A stretch of DNA of 64,000 nt from assembly GCF_021869535.1 (NCBI RefSeq), contig NW_026262734.1, forward strand, positions 33,356,001-33,420,000. The letters are read 5' to 3'. How positions within the stretch are numbered: the first letter of the stretch is position 1; each line of letters starts with the position of its first letter. The position numbers and the translations under genes are program-made. This document shows positions 62,004 to 64,000 of the stretch, piece after piece. The notes beneath the pieces were generated by a model. That model ran no database searches and was not told the DNA's origin. It saw only the letters and a program-made list of their open reading frames with translations. The stretch is from Mytilus californianus. Lineage: Eukaryota.

Positions 62004-63498
62004 GTAAGAAATGATTATTAAAGACTTGTCTGGTGACATGATTTATTTATTAGTTGTCATTGGCTTTGAACTGGCTTTCAGTAACTGCGATTTAAGTACA
62101 CTTAGATCGGTACATTATGTCTTTAGTCTTTTTGTTAGTTGCCTTTTGTGCATTGTGTTGATCTGATGAGTCATTTTTATACTTTGTTCTTAATGTGTGC
62201 TTTTAACCACTGTACCAGGTTAGGGGGAGAGTTGAGCACTCCCAAACTTGTTTAACACCACCACATTCATTATGTATCTGTCCCAAGTCAGATGCCTGTA
62301 ATTCAGTGGTTATCATTGGTCGCTGTCTAATTCTTTTTTTACGTTTATTGTTTTGTACATAAATCAGGCCGTTAGTTTTCTTGTTTGGATTGTTAAACAT
62401 TTTGTTATTTCAGAGCCTTTTATAACTTACTAATACTATAGTACAGTGACTTATAATAGCTTACATCTACATTATGTGGATTATTGATTTCTTATTACAT
62501 TCGGTCTAGACATGAATATGCATGAAACATTTATCTCTGTATGATAAGCAAACAACAATCAGTCTGCAAATGTATATTGTTCAACAGAAGTGTCATAATA
62601 AGACCTAAATTTATAGACATTAGTGCATTTCCATCTTTCTCAATGTTTTTTAATTCCTGTCAAATTCCACTTTTAAGTCTAGTAGAATGGTGGTGTTGTT
62701 TTGGGCCGGCAAGCAGGGAAAAGTAGGTACCTAATTTGTGTAATCAACTCCTACCTCCTACAGCTTTTTATCCAGATCCCTGAAACTTCACATGAAGATT
62801 GCACATATGTTAAAGTTTGACTGAGTGATTTTTCAGGGTTACTTATACCATGACATCAACAAAGTATTTTCTGCTTATATCAATTTGTTAATTCAGAAAT
62901 TAGAAAACAGGTTGACAGAATTTTAACAAACTTGTACAGATTCTTCTACAGGACATAAAGTTATGCACCTCATTATTTAGATTTTTGATCATATTTATTT
63001 TTGGAGATTTTCTATACCAAAACATGGACTAAGTTATTTCTTCCTATATGATGTATATCATTTGAAAACAGCAGGTGACACATGTCTTACTAAAAAGACT
63101 CACACAATCAAGACTATCGAATGTATTTTTTCAGATATGCAGTTTCATTGGTTTAAAATTTAAATATTCAAAGCAACTTCATGTTTTTTCTATTTGATGT
63201 TTTGAAAAATACTGTTGATTTTTTTTCTGGATCAAGGAAAAACTGTTTATTCATGGATATTTGATGTTGTGGTTTTACAACAGTATTCACACAAGCCTTT
63301 AAAAAAAATTTTACTTCATTTTACATTTTAATTCTTGTTTCACCTGACCCACAAAATCCCGGAAATTTGTAACCCAAGAACTATAATGAATCCACTCTAG
63401 ATTAAAAAAAACTGTATTGTTAGTAGGAAGGGATATACTAATTTATTTTTTAATTAATTGATAGTGTGTTTATAAAATTTGTATTTTTCATTCTGCAG

Positions 63499-63671
63499 AA
63501 TATCCAGAAGTCCACACTGGAAAAACAGAATATTACCTATGACAGGGAAAGACATGCTTTATTGATTCCGTACCGAAGTCCTGATGGAGTTTTAATTGAC
63601 TGTAAATGTTTGACACCATACTTCGATGAAGATGGAGAATTTAATGGTTTATCTTATTCCTTTACTAATGG
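63499..63671 (+). CDS. TWNK: Twinkle exon 4 (gene continues beyond the window)
   Basis: ctgcag^AATATC; ...HALLIPYRSPDGVLIDCKCL..., resembling the primase-like domain (LVFPW/Y...G..K); GG^gtaatt. Confidence 0.72.
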
Positions 63672-64000
63672 GTAATTTTTTTTCTTTTACACGAGAAGAG
63701 AATGAGATAAAAATTGGTGAAGATTTTAACTGAAATAGCATATTTGGATGTAGAAATCAATTTATATGTGGGAAATTTTGTTTTTAAGTAAAAAAGTCAT
63801 ACAATTTTATTGTATGGTTAAATCTATTTTTACAAATAATTATGTAATATTTGATAATTTCAAAATTTGTATATTTGCACCACAAGGAGAGAAAGCTGGG
63901 ATAATTTTGGTCACTTACTGTTCTAGAGTTATGCCCCTTTATAACTTTGAAAATTGCAAATTTTTCATTTCCACACTCTAACTTAAGTTTACATGATGCA

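Overview
AT-rich eukaryotic genomic DNA with GT-AG introns. The repeat content points to a bivalve, probably Mytilus (inference, not verified). Five protein-coding genes were reconstructed by hand with phase-consistent splice sites: a sesquipedalian/PHETA PH-domain gene (-, single coding exon), head-to-head with an 11-exon PLBD2 (+, 567 aa); XBP1 (-, 3 coding exons); the proton channel HVCN1 (+); and the first four coding exons of the mitochondrial helicase Twinkle (+, runs off the window). The strongest signal is a complete IRE1/XBP1 switch: a 20-nt unconventional intron (35431-35450) framed by two CNG'CNG stem-loops, a dual-coded last exon giving XBP1u (228 aa, hydrophobic segment plus arrest-peptide-like C-terminus) and XBP1s (415 aa), and an ERSE-like promoter motif. 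The intergenic and intronic DNA is dominated by non-autonomous Helentron/DINE-like elements that carry internal satellite arrays and nest three levels deep. Also present are MULE-like elements with 9-10 bp target duplications, Tc1-type MITEs, SINE-like repeats and several long palindromes. No prokaryotic features, CRISPR arrays, rRNA or genuine tRNA genes are supported. Repeat boundaries are approximate to a few bp. Family letters (A-F, R1, R2) are my own labels.
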